Both the position numbers and the translations under genes were made by a program. A model generated the notes under the pieces. It saw nothing but the letters and a program-made list of their open reading frames with translations. It searched no databases and was not told where the DNA came from. Of a stretch of DNA of 64,000 nucleotides, positions 9,949-18,522 are shown in pieces. This DNA comes from an uncultured Lentimicrobiaceae bacterium (lineage in GTDB: Bacteria; Bacteroidota; Bacteroidia; Bacteroidales; WCHB1-69). Each line of letters opens with the position of its first letter. Within the stretch, counting starts at the first letter, position 1. The stretch is from positions 8,219 through 72,218 of the forward strand of contig CAZSTX010000001.1 in NCBI GenBank assembly GCA_964610025.1, written 5' to 3'.

Positions 9949-11355
9949 TTATAAATAAATATCTCGTTCTCCTCCGTCTATCTTTTCGATATTTTTTTCT
10001 ACAACTTTTTTCAGTTTTTCTTTTTCTATTTCTTTTACTAACTTCTGAATTAATTTTATTCCTTTTTCTTTTGTTTCAGGAGAAGCAAAGTCATTTAGAT
10101 ATTCTCTAAAAGTAAAGAGTGCATTGGGCATACAAAAATCTTTGATTAGACCTGGCTTAGCTAAATCCATAAAATCGTGGCCTACACGCCCTTTTCGATA
10201 ACAACCTGTGCAAAACGAAGGGATATATCCACTGTCAATCATACTCGAAATAACTTCGTCTAAATTGCGATGGTCGCCTAATTGGAATTGGCTACCTGTT
10301 TTATGTCCTTTAGTATCATTAGCGTAAGCACCTGGATTTGTACGCGAACCTGCTGATATTTGACTAATGCCATAGTTAAACAATTCAGTGCGTAGCTCAT
10401 CTGTTTCGCGTGTACTTAATATAATGCCTGTATAAGGCAATGCAATACGAATAATGGCAATGATTTTTTTAAAATCATCGTCGCTCACTTTGTGTGGAAT
10501 ATGCTCTGGGAGTGGTGCTCCTTCGGCTGGTTCTATGCGAGGAAAGCTAATAGTGTGAGGACCGCAACCAAAAGCATCTTCTAAGTGCTTAGCATGTTCC
10601 ATTAAAGCTAATATTTCAAAACGGTAGTCGGCTAATCCGAACAATACGCCTAAACCTATATCGTCTATTCCAGCTTCCATAGCTCTGTCCATTACTAACA
10701 AGCGATTGAGATAATCGGCTTTAGGAGTATCATCTGGATGGTATTCTCTATATAAATCAGGGTCGTATGTTTCTTGAAAACAAACATAAGTACCAATTTT
10801 TTCTTTTTTTAGTTTTTGAAAATCTTCTATTGACATGGGTGCAAGTTCTACATTGATACGGCGAACGTTATGTCCATTTTCTATTACCGAATAGGTTGTT
10901 CGTATGGCTTCGCAAATATAATCAATATCGTTGGCTGGTGTTTCTCCACAAATTAATAAAACGCGTTTGTGTCCTTCGTGTAATAATTCTCTTACTTCTG
11001 ATTTAATCTCTTCCATGTTTAACACTTTGCGTTTAAGTGCTTTGTTGTCTCTTCTAAAACTGCAATAAACACAATTGTTTACACAACGATTGCCGGTATA
11101 TAAAGGAGCAAAAAGCACCAATCGTTTGCCATAAATTTCATTTTTTACTATTTTAGCCACATTCATAATCTGATATATTTGTTCGTGATCTGTAACCCTT
11201 AATAGTGTGGCAACGTCTTCTAAATTAAGACCTTTTAATTCTAAAGCTCGTTTTAAAATGACATCGAGTTTTTCTTGTGATGGTGCTTCTCTTTCTATTA
11301 AAGAGTATAATTTTTCTTTGTCAATGAAGTTTTTAAATTTTTTACTTGTGTCCAT
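9949..11355 (-). CDS. hydG: [FeFe]-hydrogenase H-cluster maturase HydG (radical SAM tyrosine lyase)
   Basis: 468 aa with the radical SAM motif CVNNCVYCSF. The C-terminal auxiliary-cluster motif CTGC-x22-C (SFCTGCYRKGRVGHDFMDLAKPGLIKDFC) distinguishes HydG from ThiH. Confidence 0.9.
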   Translation of the reverse strand: MDTSKKFKNFIDKEKLYSLIEREAPSQEKLDVILKRALELKGLNLEDVATLLRVTDHEQIYQIMNVAKIVKNEIYGKRLVLFAPLYTGNRCVNNCVYCSFRRDNKALKRKVLNMEEIKSEVRELLHEGHKRVLLICGETPANDIDYICEAIRTTYSVIENGHNVRRINVELAPMSIEDFQKLKKEKIGTYVCFQETYDPDLYREYHPDDTPKADYLNRLLVMDRAMEAGIDDIGLGVLFGLADYRFEILALMEHAKHLEDAFGCGPHTISFPRIEPAEGAPLPEHIPHKVSDDDFKKIIAIIRIALPYTGIILSTRETDELRTELFNYGISQISAGSRTNPGAYANDTKGHKTGSQFQLGDHRNLDEVISSMIDSGYIPSFCTGCYRKGRVGHDFMDLAKPGLIKDFCMPNALFTFREYLNDFASPETKEKGIKLIQKLVKEIEKEKLKKVVEKNIEKIDGGERDIYL

Positions 11356-11374
11356 AATGTTGATATATGTATAG

Positions 11375-11626
11375 TTAAATTTTAATTTTTGATAGCATAG
11401 ATTTTACTTCAACAGCATTTAATTGACCTAATCTTCCCGTTAGTGCACTAATTTCATCAGTAGTACCTTCGATAATTAATGAAATAAAATTGATGTTGTA
11501 ATCTCGTATAGGAAGACCTTGACGTGTTAAAATAAGATTACCGTATTGGGAAAGTAAATGATTTACTTTTGAAATAACATTTGTGTCTGATATGAGTATG
11601 CTGATTACTCCTAGTCTCTTTTCCAT
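11375..11626 (-). CDS. TM1266-family small ACT-like protein (putative iron-only hydrogenase system regulator)
   Basis: 83 aa (LGVISILI....V..VN.LLS.YG..I..R.G.P......IS.II.G..DEI.ALTG.LG....V.V). Its size and its position directly upstream of hydG match the family described from comparative genomics. Confidence 0.65.
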   Translation of the reverse strand: MEKRLGVISILISDTNVISKVNHLLSQYGNLILTRQGLPIRDYNINFISLIIEGTTDEISALTGRLGQLNAVEVKSMLSKIKI

Positions 11627-11743
11627 TAGAACTTACCTTTGGATTAGATTGTTAATTAATATTTTATAGTAAACTTTGAATGAGATGCAATCCAATTCTC
11701 AGTTATTTTTTTATTATTGCAAAGATAGCATAAAAAATGATAC

Positions 11744-12334
11744 CTAAAGGCTTGTTTCTTTGTTTTTTTCTTTTTTTGTATTATATAGATTCATTGTTCG
11801 TTGAATACCTTGTAATACAAAACTTTCAATGATTTCTTTACTGCAATTAATGCTGGGTTGAATTATTTCTATTTCATCGGGTGTAAATTTTCCGAGCACA
11901 TGTTCCACTTGCCCACCTTGTGCAAAATCGCTCCCTATTCCTAAACGTAAACGCGAAAAATAAGAGGTGTCGATACTTTCAATAATATCGTTTAATCCAT
12001 TGTGTGTGCCACCACTTCCTTGTGATTTTAGTTTGTATTTTCCTAAAGCTATGTCTTTGTCATCGGAAATTATTAGTAAATTTTCAATAGCAATATTATG
12101 TTTCTGAAGATGATAAAGCACAGCTTTTCCACTGAGATTCATATAAGTGCTTGGTTTAATAAGGATAATTGTTCTTCCTTTTAATTTGAGAGAAGTCGAA
12201 GAGGCATACCGAGTTGATTCAAAAATGAGATTGTGAGATTTTGCAAAATAATCTAAAGCCATAAATCCAATGTTATGGCGTGTGTTTTCGTATTGTGTTC
12301 CAATATTTCCTAATCCAACTATTAAATATTTCAT
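11744..12334 (-). CDS. pth: Peptidyl-tRNA hydrolase
   Basis: 196 aa with MKYLIVGLGNIGTQYENTRHNIGF and GTHNGL motifs. Confidence 0.93.
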   Translation of the reverse strand: MKYLIVGLGNIGTQYENTRHNIGFMALDYFAKSHNLIFESTRYASSTSLKLKGRTIILIKPSTYMNLSGKAVLYHLQKHNIAIENLLIISDDKDIALGKYKLKSQGSGGTHNGLNDIIESIDTSYFSRLRLGIGSDFAQGGQVEHVLGKFTPDEIEIIQPSINCSKEIIESFVLQGIQRTMNLYNTKKEKNKETSL

Positions 12335-12354
12335 GTGAATATATTCTAAATGTG

Positions 12355-12362
12355 CAAAAATA
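12355..12362 (-). promoter_or_regulatory. Candidate -7 box (TATTTTTG on the - strand) for pth
   Basis: The reverse complement of caaaaata matches TAnnTTTG and lies 20 nt upstream of the pth ATG. Confidence 0.45.
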
Positions 12363-12497
12363 GTAAATATTAATACACAAAAAAAGTGTATTTTTGCAAT
12401 GTGTTATTATTGTTAATAAAATACATTTAAATAATTGAACATCATTCTTATATAGAGTGATGTTGTTGTAAATAATCAAATGAAAAATTAAAAAAAT

Positions 12498-13619
12498 ATG
12501 TTCTCAGAAATAGCAGAAAAATATTCGTGGCATCAGATAGAAAAAGAAATTAATGCTAAGAGTCAATTAGACGTAGAACATGCACTACATGCTGATAGTT
12601 TAACTATTGAAGATTTTAAAGCCTTAGTTTCGCCTGTGGCATCTGATTATTTAGAAGACTTAGCATACAAAAGTCGTATTGCTACGCAAAAACGTTTCGG
12701 AAAAACAATACAATTTTATATTCCACTTTATTTAAGCAACGAATGTATTAATCATTGTATTTATTGTGGATTTAATTTTAAAAATAAAATTAAACGCATT
12801 GTTTTGAATGATGAGGAAATAATGCATGAGGTAGCAGTAATAAAAGAAATGGGATACGAACATATTTTACTGCTCACAGGCGAATCGCCAAAACATGCTG
12901 GTGTTGATTATCTTGAACATGCTATTAAATTAATACATCCCCACTTTAAGCAAGTAACATTAGAAGTACAACCTATGTCGTTAGAAGATTACCGCAAATT
13001 GATAGCAGTAGGTTTGCATGGGGTGTATATTTATCAAGAAACTTATAACAAAGATACGTATACTATTTATCATCCGGCGGGTATGAAAAGCGATTATCAA
13101 TGGCGTATTAATACTCCCGATAGGTTAGGAGAGGCGGGTATTCATAAAATTGGATTAGGTGCTTTATTAGGATTAGAAAATTGGAGGGTAGAGGCTGTGT
13201 TTATGGCGATGCACCTTCGTTATTTAGAAAAAAAATATTGGAAAACAAAATACGCACTTTCTTTTCCTCGGATACGTCCACATGTTGGCGATTTTATGCC
13301 TAATCACATTGTAAGCGATAAAGAATTAGCACAAATGATATGGGCTTTTCGTATTTTTGATAACGATGTGGAAATATCGTTAACTACACGCGAAGATGCT
13401 GTATTTAGGAATAATATGATAAGTTTGGGAATAACTTCAATGAGCGCAGGCTCGAAAACAATACCAGGTGGCTATTCTCATTCACATTATGAACTAGAAC
13501 AATTTGCAACCAACGATAATCGTCAGCCTAATGAAATGTTAAAAATAATAAACAATATAGGCTACGAGGTAATATGGAAAGATTGGGATGCTTATTTTGA
13601 AATAGAAAAAAAAGAATAA
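12498..13619 (+). CDS. thiH: 2-iminoacetate synthase ThiH (radical SAM tyrosine lyase, thiazole biosynthesis)
   Basis: 373 aa, colinear with E. coli ThiH as I recall it: FYIPLYLSNECINHCIYCGF, MGYEHILLLTGE, LEVQP, YQETY, TPDRLGEAGI.KIGLGALLGL.NWR, SFPR.RP, ELEQF...D.R, VWKDWD. Confidence 0.9.
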   Translation: MFSEIAEKYSWHQIEKEINAKSQLDVEHALHADSLTIEDFKALVSPVASDYLEDLAYKSRIATQKRFGKTIQFYIPLYLSNECINHCIYCGFNFKNKIKRIVLNDEEIMHEVAVIKEMGYEHILLLTGESPKHAGVDYLEHAIKLIHPHFKQVTLEVQPMSLEDYRKLIAVGLHGVYIYQETYNKDTYTIYHPAGMKSDYQWRINTPDRLGEAGIHKIGLGALLGLENWRVEAVFMAMHLRYLEKKYWKTKYALSFPRIRPHVGDFMPNHIVSDKELAQMIWAFRIFDNDVEISLTTREDAVFRNNMISLGITSMSAGSKTIPGGYSHSHYELEQFATNDNRQPNEMLKIINNIGYEVIWKDWDAYFEIEKKE

Positions 13620-13620
13620 T

Positions 13621-15075
13621 ATGGAAGAAGATTATTTTGATGAAGACTCAAACGATGATTTGGACGATAAAGAAAAAGAACGTTTAATAGAACGTTTTGA
13701 AAAAATGATAAATAATGACAGTATCGCTTATTTTGATAGCGATGATTATGCCATTGTATTTGATCATTATTTTTATACAGGGAAAATAAATAAGGCACAA
13801 AAAGCATTATCGCTCGCATTAAAACAATTTCCTGATTCACAAGAACTAAAGCTGAAAAAAGTACATTATTTTCTTTATTTAGAAAAAAACGAAGAGGCTT
13901 TAAAATTACTCATAGAAACAGATAACGAAAGTTTTAGTGATGTCGAAACTTTATTAGAACAAGCCTATTTGTATGCCCAATTACGTTCTTTTGATAAATC
14001 ACTTGCAAAATACCAACAACTCATTGAAATAGAAAATCAAGATGAAGAATATATTGAAGATGTTTATCTTGGCATATCAGATGTTTATGACCAAATGGGA
14101 GATACAAAAAAGTCTTTGTATTATTTACAACAGGCTTTAGAAATAGACCCTGAAAATGAGTTCCTGCTTTCGAATGTTGTAGAGGTTTTTTATGAATTAG
14201 GTGATGAAGATGAAAAATATGAAGTAATTGATTATCTTATTAAATTTACAAATAAATATCCTTTATTTACCGCTGCTTGGTCTTATTTAGGACTGGTGTA
14301 TACAGAGGTTGGCTTGTTAGAAAAAGCAGTAGAAGCTTTTGATAATGCATTGGCATTAGACGATAACAACGAAGAAGCATTGTCGTATCAGATGAATACT
14401 TTTTTTAAACTTAATGAAAGAAAGAAAGCCAATGAAGCCTTTTATGCTTTATTACAAATATCTCAGTTTAAAGAATTAGCATGGTATCAATTAGCAGATA
14501 ATTTGTCTAAAATAGAAGATTATTCATCAGCTCTTTTTGCATTTCAAAAATCAATAGACGAAAATCCACGTTTTTCTTTGTCCTTTGTTGGTAAAGCAAT
14601 GGTTTATGCTCAAATGGAGCAGTTTAATAATGCTATAAAAAATTTGCAAAAAGCATTAGATATTGATGCCAATAATTTTGAATATTGGTTGTTATTAGGT
14701 GAGTATTTGTGCGATGCAGACCGAGATGATGATGCTAAAATGGTATATGAGCACTTAGCTAAACATTTTCCTAAAGAAAGTGATACATGGTTGAGTTATT
14801 CCGATTTTTATGCCTTCAAAAAAAATGATATAAATAATGCCATTGATATATTATTTAAAGGAATTGAAATACAGTTAGATAACATTGCATACTTGTATAG
14901 AATGGCAAATTATTTTTTTCTCAAAAAAGATGTATTACAAGGAACATCTTACTTGCAATTAGCCTATGTTTCTAAACCTGATATGTTAAATGATTTTTTT
15001 GAATACGACGAAACAATGTATGATATTCCCGAAGTAATTGATTTTGTCACAAATATAAATAATAATATTGAATGA
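13621..15075 (+). CDS. Tetratricopeptide-repeat protein
   Basis: 484 aa with repeated A..YL..AL..DP.N... TPR-like units and an acidic N-terminus. The start lies 1 nt after the thiH stop. Confidence 0.8.
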   Translation: MEEDYFDEDSNDDLDDKEKERLIERFEKMINNDSIAYFDSDDYAIVFDHYFYTGKINKAQKALSLALKQFPDSQELKLKKVHYFLYLEKNEEALKLLIETDNESFSDVETLLEQAYLYAQLRSFDKSLAKYQQLIEIENQDEEYIEDVYLGISDVYDQMGDTKKSLYYLQQALEIDPENEFLLSNVVEVFYELGDEDEKYEVIDYLIKFTNKYPLFTAAWSYLGLVYTEVGLLEKAVEAFDNALALDDNNEEALSYQMNTFFKLNERKKANEAFYALLQISQFKELAWYQLADNLSKIEDYSSALFAFQKSIDENPRFSLSFVGKAMVYAQMEQFNNAIKNLQKALDIDANNFEYWLLLGEYLCDADRDDDAKMVYEHLAKHFPKESDTWLSYSDFYAFKKNDINNAIDILFKGIEIQLDNIAYLYRMANYFFLKKDVLQGTSYLQLAYVSKPDMLNDFFEYDETMYDIPEVIDFVTNINNNIE

Positions 15076-15842
15076 AAAAAAAATATTTAATTGTTTTTTT
15101 ATTTTTACTATTTCAAGTAACTGTTTTCTCACAAAATACTGCTATTGCTACAAACGATACATTAATTAAACAAGAAAATAAACCTATTATAACAAGAGTA
15201 GTAGATTGGTATATGCATCATTTAAATTACTATTCTGTTGTTGTATTAATGACAGTCGAAAGTTCTTTTATTCCTTTTCCTTCCGAAGTTGTCATTCCCC
15301 CAGCAGCTTATGCAGCATGCAAAGCAGATAATGAAAATTTACACATAACAGATTATAAATTTATCAATATATTAATAGTTGTACTGTTTGGAACTTTGGG
15401 AGCTTTATTTGGAGCTTTTATTAATTATTTTTTATCTCTTTATTTAGGGCGACCTGTTGTTTATAAATTTGCAGACAGTAAGTTAGGTCGTTTTTTCTTA
15501 CTCGATAGCAGTAAAATTAAAAAAGCCGAAGATTATTTTATTAAACATGGTAATATTTCGACATTTATAGGAAGATTATTGCCCGGTATACGTCAATTGA
15601 TTTCTATTCCGGCTGGATTGTCAAAAATGAAATTATTGCCTTTTATTCTCTATACAGCCTTAGGAGCGTTCAGCTGGAATGTTATACTTGCTTTTATAGG
15701 TTATATAGCTCATGGCGAACAAGATGTTATTAATAAATACAGCCATGAACTTTCTTATATTTTATTAGGATTAGGATTGATAGTTGTTGCTTATTTATTT
15801 TATAAAGCTTTTAAAAAGAAAAACAACAATAATCGTGAATAA
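15072..15842 (+). CDS. DedA/SNARE-associated family membrane protein
   Basis: 256 aa with VESSFIPFPSEVVIPPAAY and GRLLPGIRQLISIPAG motifs and multiple TM helices. It overlaps the upstream stop by 4 nt. Confidence 0.8.
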   Translation: MKKKYLIVFLFLLFQVTVFSQNTAIATNDTLIKQENKPIITRVVDWYMHHLNYYSVVVLMTVESSFIPFPSEVVIPPAAYAACKADNENLHITDYKFINILIVVLFGTLGALFGAFINYFLSLYLGRPVVYKFADSKLGRFFLLDSSKIKKAEDYFIKHGNISTFIGRLLPGIRQLISIPAGLSKMKLLPFILYTALGAFSWNVILAFIGYIAHGEQDVINKYSHELSYILLGLGLIVVAYLFYKAFKKKNNNNRE

Positions 15843-16590
15843 GACGTATGGTATCATTGGAAAATCGTTAATTCATTCTTTTTCACCTTGCTATTTTGAA
15901 AAAAAGTTTATAAAAGAATCTATCGCTAATGTTTCTTATCAAACATTTCCATTAGAAGATGTAACACAATTGTTTCCTTTGTTAGATAATAATTTATCTA
16001 TAAGAGGTTTAAATGTTACTACCCCTTATAAAGAAAAAATTATTGCTTATGCAGACGTGATAGACAAAGTTGTCGAAAAAGTAGGTGCTGCCAATGTGCT
16101 GAAAATAGACTATCTAAAAGGAAAAAGAATAATTTATGCTTATAATACTGATGTTATTGGTTTTGATAAAATGTTTGCAAACTACAATATGACTAAACAT
16201 ACGTCTGCTTTGATAATTGGAACAGGTGGTGCTGCCAAAGCAGTAGCATATGTGTTAAAACAGCGACTATTACCTTTTGTTTTTGTGTCACGTAGAGAGC
16301 AAGAAAATGCTATAACTTATCAACAGATTACGGAAGAACACATTGTGAAAAATACTTTGATTATTAATTGTACGCCTTTAGGAATGTATCCTGATGTGAC
16401 TACTTATCCTATTATTCCCTATAGTGTTTTAGGAAAAAATCATTTACTTATCGATTTGGTATATAATCCTAAAGAAACTGTTTTTATGAAAAAAGCAAAA
16501 AAACAAAATGCTCAAGTAACAAACGCTTATGCAATGCTTTGTTATCAAGCCGATGCAGCTTGGGAAATATGGAATAAAAAAGGAAAATAA
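15835..16590 (+). CDS. aroE: Shikimate dehydrogenase
   Basis: YGIIGKSLIHSFSP.., NVTTPYKE, GTGGAAKAV and LIDLVYNP motifs. There is no in-frame ATG near the conserved N-terminus. I prefer the GTG at 15835 (VNKTYGIIG), which overlaps the dedA stop. The track ORF starts at the ATG at 15784. Confidence 0.8.
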   Translation: MNKTYGIIGKSLIHSFSPCYFEKKFIKESIANVSYQTFPLEDVTQLFPLLDNNLSIRGLNVTTPYKEKIIAYADVIDKVVEKVGAANVLKIDYLKGKRIIYAYNTDVIGFDKMFANYNMTKHTSALIIGTGGAAKAVAYVLKQRLLPFVFVSRREQENAITYQQITEEHIVKNTLIINCTPLGMYPDVTTYPIIPYSVLGKNHLLIDLVYNPKETVFMKKAKKQNAQVTNAYAMLCYQADAAWEIWNKKGK

Positions 16591-16602
16591 AGAAAATTTT
16601 TG

Positions 16603-16673
16603 TTGACCAACTAGGATTCGAACCCAGACAGACAGAACCAGAATCTGTAGTGCTACCGTTACACCATTGGTCA
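16603..16673 (-). tRNA. tRNA-Gln (anticodon CUG)
   Basis: I folded the cloverleaf by hand from 5'-TGACCAATGGTGTAACGGTAGCACTACAGATTCTGGTTCTGTCTGTCTGGGTTCGAATCCTAGTTGGTCAA-3'. It has a 7-bp acceptor stem (U1-A72), a D-loop with GG, a 5-bp anticodon stem, the loop TTCTGGT (anticodon CTG), a T-arm CTGGG/TTCGAAT/CCTAG and discriminator A. No CCA is encoded. Confidence 0.93.
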
Positions 16674-16745
16674 GTTTTTTGCAAAAATACTAAAAAATAC
16701 TAAAAAATTAAAAAATAAAAATATAAAAAATAGTTTTTCAATAAA

Positions 16746-16769
16746 AAAGGCTGCTATAAAACAGCCTTT
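16746..16769 (-). terminator. Intrinsic terminator after the 16779-17591 gene
   Basis: The stem is AAAGGCTG / CAGCCTTT. On the - strand the hairpin is followed by a T-run (revcomp ...GGCTGTTTTATAGCAGCCTTTTTTAT). Confidence 0.65.
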
Positions 16770-16778
16770 AAATGATAT

Positions 16779-17591
16779 TTATCTTATTATCTGTGTTTTT
16801 TTTATAAGCATTCCTTGTGCGGTATTGATTTTTATAATATACATTCCCGGCGGCATTTCTTGAATATTAATATTTGCTTGAGTTGCATTTATAGGCATTT
16901 GCTTCACTTTTTGCCCCACTAAATTATAAAAACAAACTTCTTTTATTGGAATACCCTCATTATCAATGGTTATAGATTCGTTGGCTGGATTGGGATAAAG
17001 AGTGAAAATACTTGTGTTTTGTTCTATTGCTTTAACACCAACGTCTCCTCTTACAATATAAAAAACGGAGGTGTCCGCACCTTCATAAAATACTTTTTCC
17101 GAATAAGTTCCATCTTTGCTTGTATAGCTGATGCCCGTTATTATTTTCCAATAGCTTATTTGCTCAAAATCAATACCCATTCCTTCAATCTCCTTTATTA
17201 CTCCTAATAAAGGAAATGCTTTGAAGCCTATAGAGCCTAAGTCAATGGTATCATTAGGGAAAAAATCATAAGGTATGGGATATCGTAATGAGACATTACG
17301 ATCCACCGAGAGTAAACCTGTATCAGCATAAAGGTAAAAATCTATTATATATTCAAATCTTACACCAGAGGAAAAAGTATCATTGCTAACATTTAAAATA
17401 AGCAATTCAGGAATTAAAAGAGAAAGTGTATCTGTATTTATTGCAGCACCATCCAATTCTCCTATTCTATAATAATAACTTTCTTTTATATCTCCATAAT
17501 ATGTTTTTATGGTTTTTAATTTTAGCGTATCCTGTGCGTTTGCACTTAAAATCAAGCCAGTAAAGGCGATAAATAAAATTATTTTCTTCAT
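16779..17591 (-). CDS. Secreted protein of unknown function with a T9SS C-terminal sorting domain
   Basis: 270 aa with the signal peptide MKKIILFIAFTGLILSANAQ. The C-terminus (FTLYPNPANESITIDN...FYNLVGQKV...GMYIIKINT) is CTD-like. Confidence 0.75.
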   Translation of the reverse strand: MKKIILFIAFTGLILSANAQDTLKLKTIKTYYGDIKESYYYRIGELDGAAINTDTLSLLIPELLILNVSNDTFSSGVRFEYIIDFYLYADTGLLSVDRNVSLRYPIPYDFFPNDTIDLGSIGFKAFPLLGVIKEIEGMGIDFEQISYWKIITGISYTSKDGTYSEKVFYEGADTSVFYIVRGDVGVKAIEQNTSIFTLYPNPANESITIDNEGIPIKEVCFYNLVGQKVKQMPINATQANINIQEMPPGMYIIKINTAQGMLIKKTQIIR

Positions 17592-17592
17592 A

Positions 17593-17898
17593 TCAATTAT
17601 ATTTTATTAGTTTTTTTATTACATTATTTTTAAATTGGTTATAATCTGTTTTTATATTTTTACTTTGCGGAAAAACCCGCTTTATTTTAGTGATTATTTT
17701 CCACACCCAGCGGTCATTGTTTTGTTTAACATTCAAGAAAGGAGTGGTAATTAATTGGTTATGTTTAAAAATATGCTTTACAAGCAAAATAATATAGCTA
17801 ATCAAAAATATAACAATTAAAAAACCGGTAAAATACAAATCAAAGGAAAGGTGTGGCAGTATTATAGAAACAAACAAACAATTAGCTAACAGACTCAT
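17593..17898 (-). CDS. Small hypothetical membrane protein (two predicted TM helices)
   Basis: 101 aa with a hydrophobic N-terminal half and a basic C-terminal half. Its stop lies 1 nt before the next gene's start. I recognise no family. Confidence 0.5.
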   Translation of the reverse strand: MSLLANCLFVSIILPHLSFDLYFTGFLIVIFLISYIILLVKHIFKHNQLITTPFLNVKQNNDRWVWKIITKIKRVFPQSKNIKTDYNQFKNNVIKKLIKYN

Positions 17899-17909
17899 TG
17901 TATTTTTAG

Positions 17910-17952
17910 GTTTATATTTTACAATGCAAAATTACACTTTTTTATAATAAAA
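17910..17952 (-). promoter_or_regulatory. 43-nt promoter/leader element, copy A (contains the -7 box TAATTTTG at 17927-17934)
   Basis: gtttatattttacaatgcaaaattacaCttttttataataaaa is identical to 19789-19831 except for one base. It sits 12 nt upstream of the 17898 start codon. Confidence 0.55.
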
Positions 17953-17972
17953 AATAGTTTTTGCTTAAAAAT

Positions 17973-18521
17973 TTAGTTTTTTCTACCAAGAAATAATGAT
18001 TTTGAATGACAAAATCTTTTGATTGTTTTTTTTGTTTTGTTATTAAACTCATTGTATTTGAATAATAGGTATGCTTCCTCATTTATAAGTATTATTAAAG
18101 GATATGCAGCGGAAGGGTATGACAAGTTGAAATAAGATGTTAGATTTAGACGTAATCGTTCTTCTTTTGACATTCTTTCTGGAAACTCAAAATATACGCC
18201 TTTACAATAAGGAAATAATTGTGTAAAGTGATTGATTTGAGCCCTATTAAATGAGGATTTATTATCATATCCTTCTGTAAGAATAAACAATGAGAAATTT
18301 TCTTTTTGTTTTATTTGTTTAACAAAAAAAGATGAAATTTTTTTTACACATCCGGAACAATAAACATTGGGAATAACAACGATTATTGTTTTTGAATGAT
18401 CATACAATGGTATAATTTTTTTATCTATGGTAAATGCAAAATTCGAATCGGATGAATTTTGCGATTTTAGGATAGAAACAAACAATAATAATATAATTAT
18501 ATGATAAAACCTTATAAACAT
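17973..18521 (-). CDS. Hypothetical secreted protein, possibly with a thioredoxin-like fold (CxxC)
   Basis: 182 aa with an N-terminal signal-like helix. The segment TIIVVIPNVYCSGCVKK resembles the beta1-CxxC-alpha1 arrangement of redoxins. This is a weak call. Confidence 0.5.
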   Translation of the reverse strand: MFIRFYHIIILLLFVSILKSQNSSDSNFAFTIDKKIIPLYDHSKTIIVVIPNVYCSGCVKKISSFFVKQIKQKENFSLFILTEGYDNKSSFNRAQINHFTQLFPYCKGVYFEFPERMSKEERLRLNLTSYFNLSYPSAAYPLIILINEEAYLLFKYNEFNNKTKKTIKRFCHSKSLFLGRKN

Positions 18522-18522
18522 T

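Noticed and set aside
9949-13619. Interpreting HydG plus the radical SAM gene at 12498 as a HydG/HydE maturase pair
   Set aside because: The 373-aa protein is colinear with ThiH (YLSN.C.N.C.YCGF, VWKDWD tail), not HydE. pth lies between the two genes on the opposite orientation relative to thiH.
16484-16684. 66-aa minus-strand ORF from the track
   Set aside because: It is the translation of the tRNA-Gln gene (16603-16673) plus the aroE 3' end. The tRNA cloverleaf explains the region.
16685-16740. Short tandem A-rich repeat (tactaaaaaa tactaaaaaa ttaaaaaa taaaaa...)
   Set aside because: It is low-complexity AT-rich spacer next to the tRNA gene, too short and degenerate to call a CRISPR array, satellite or att site. 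No integrase is nearby.
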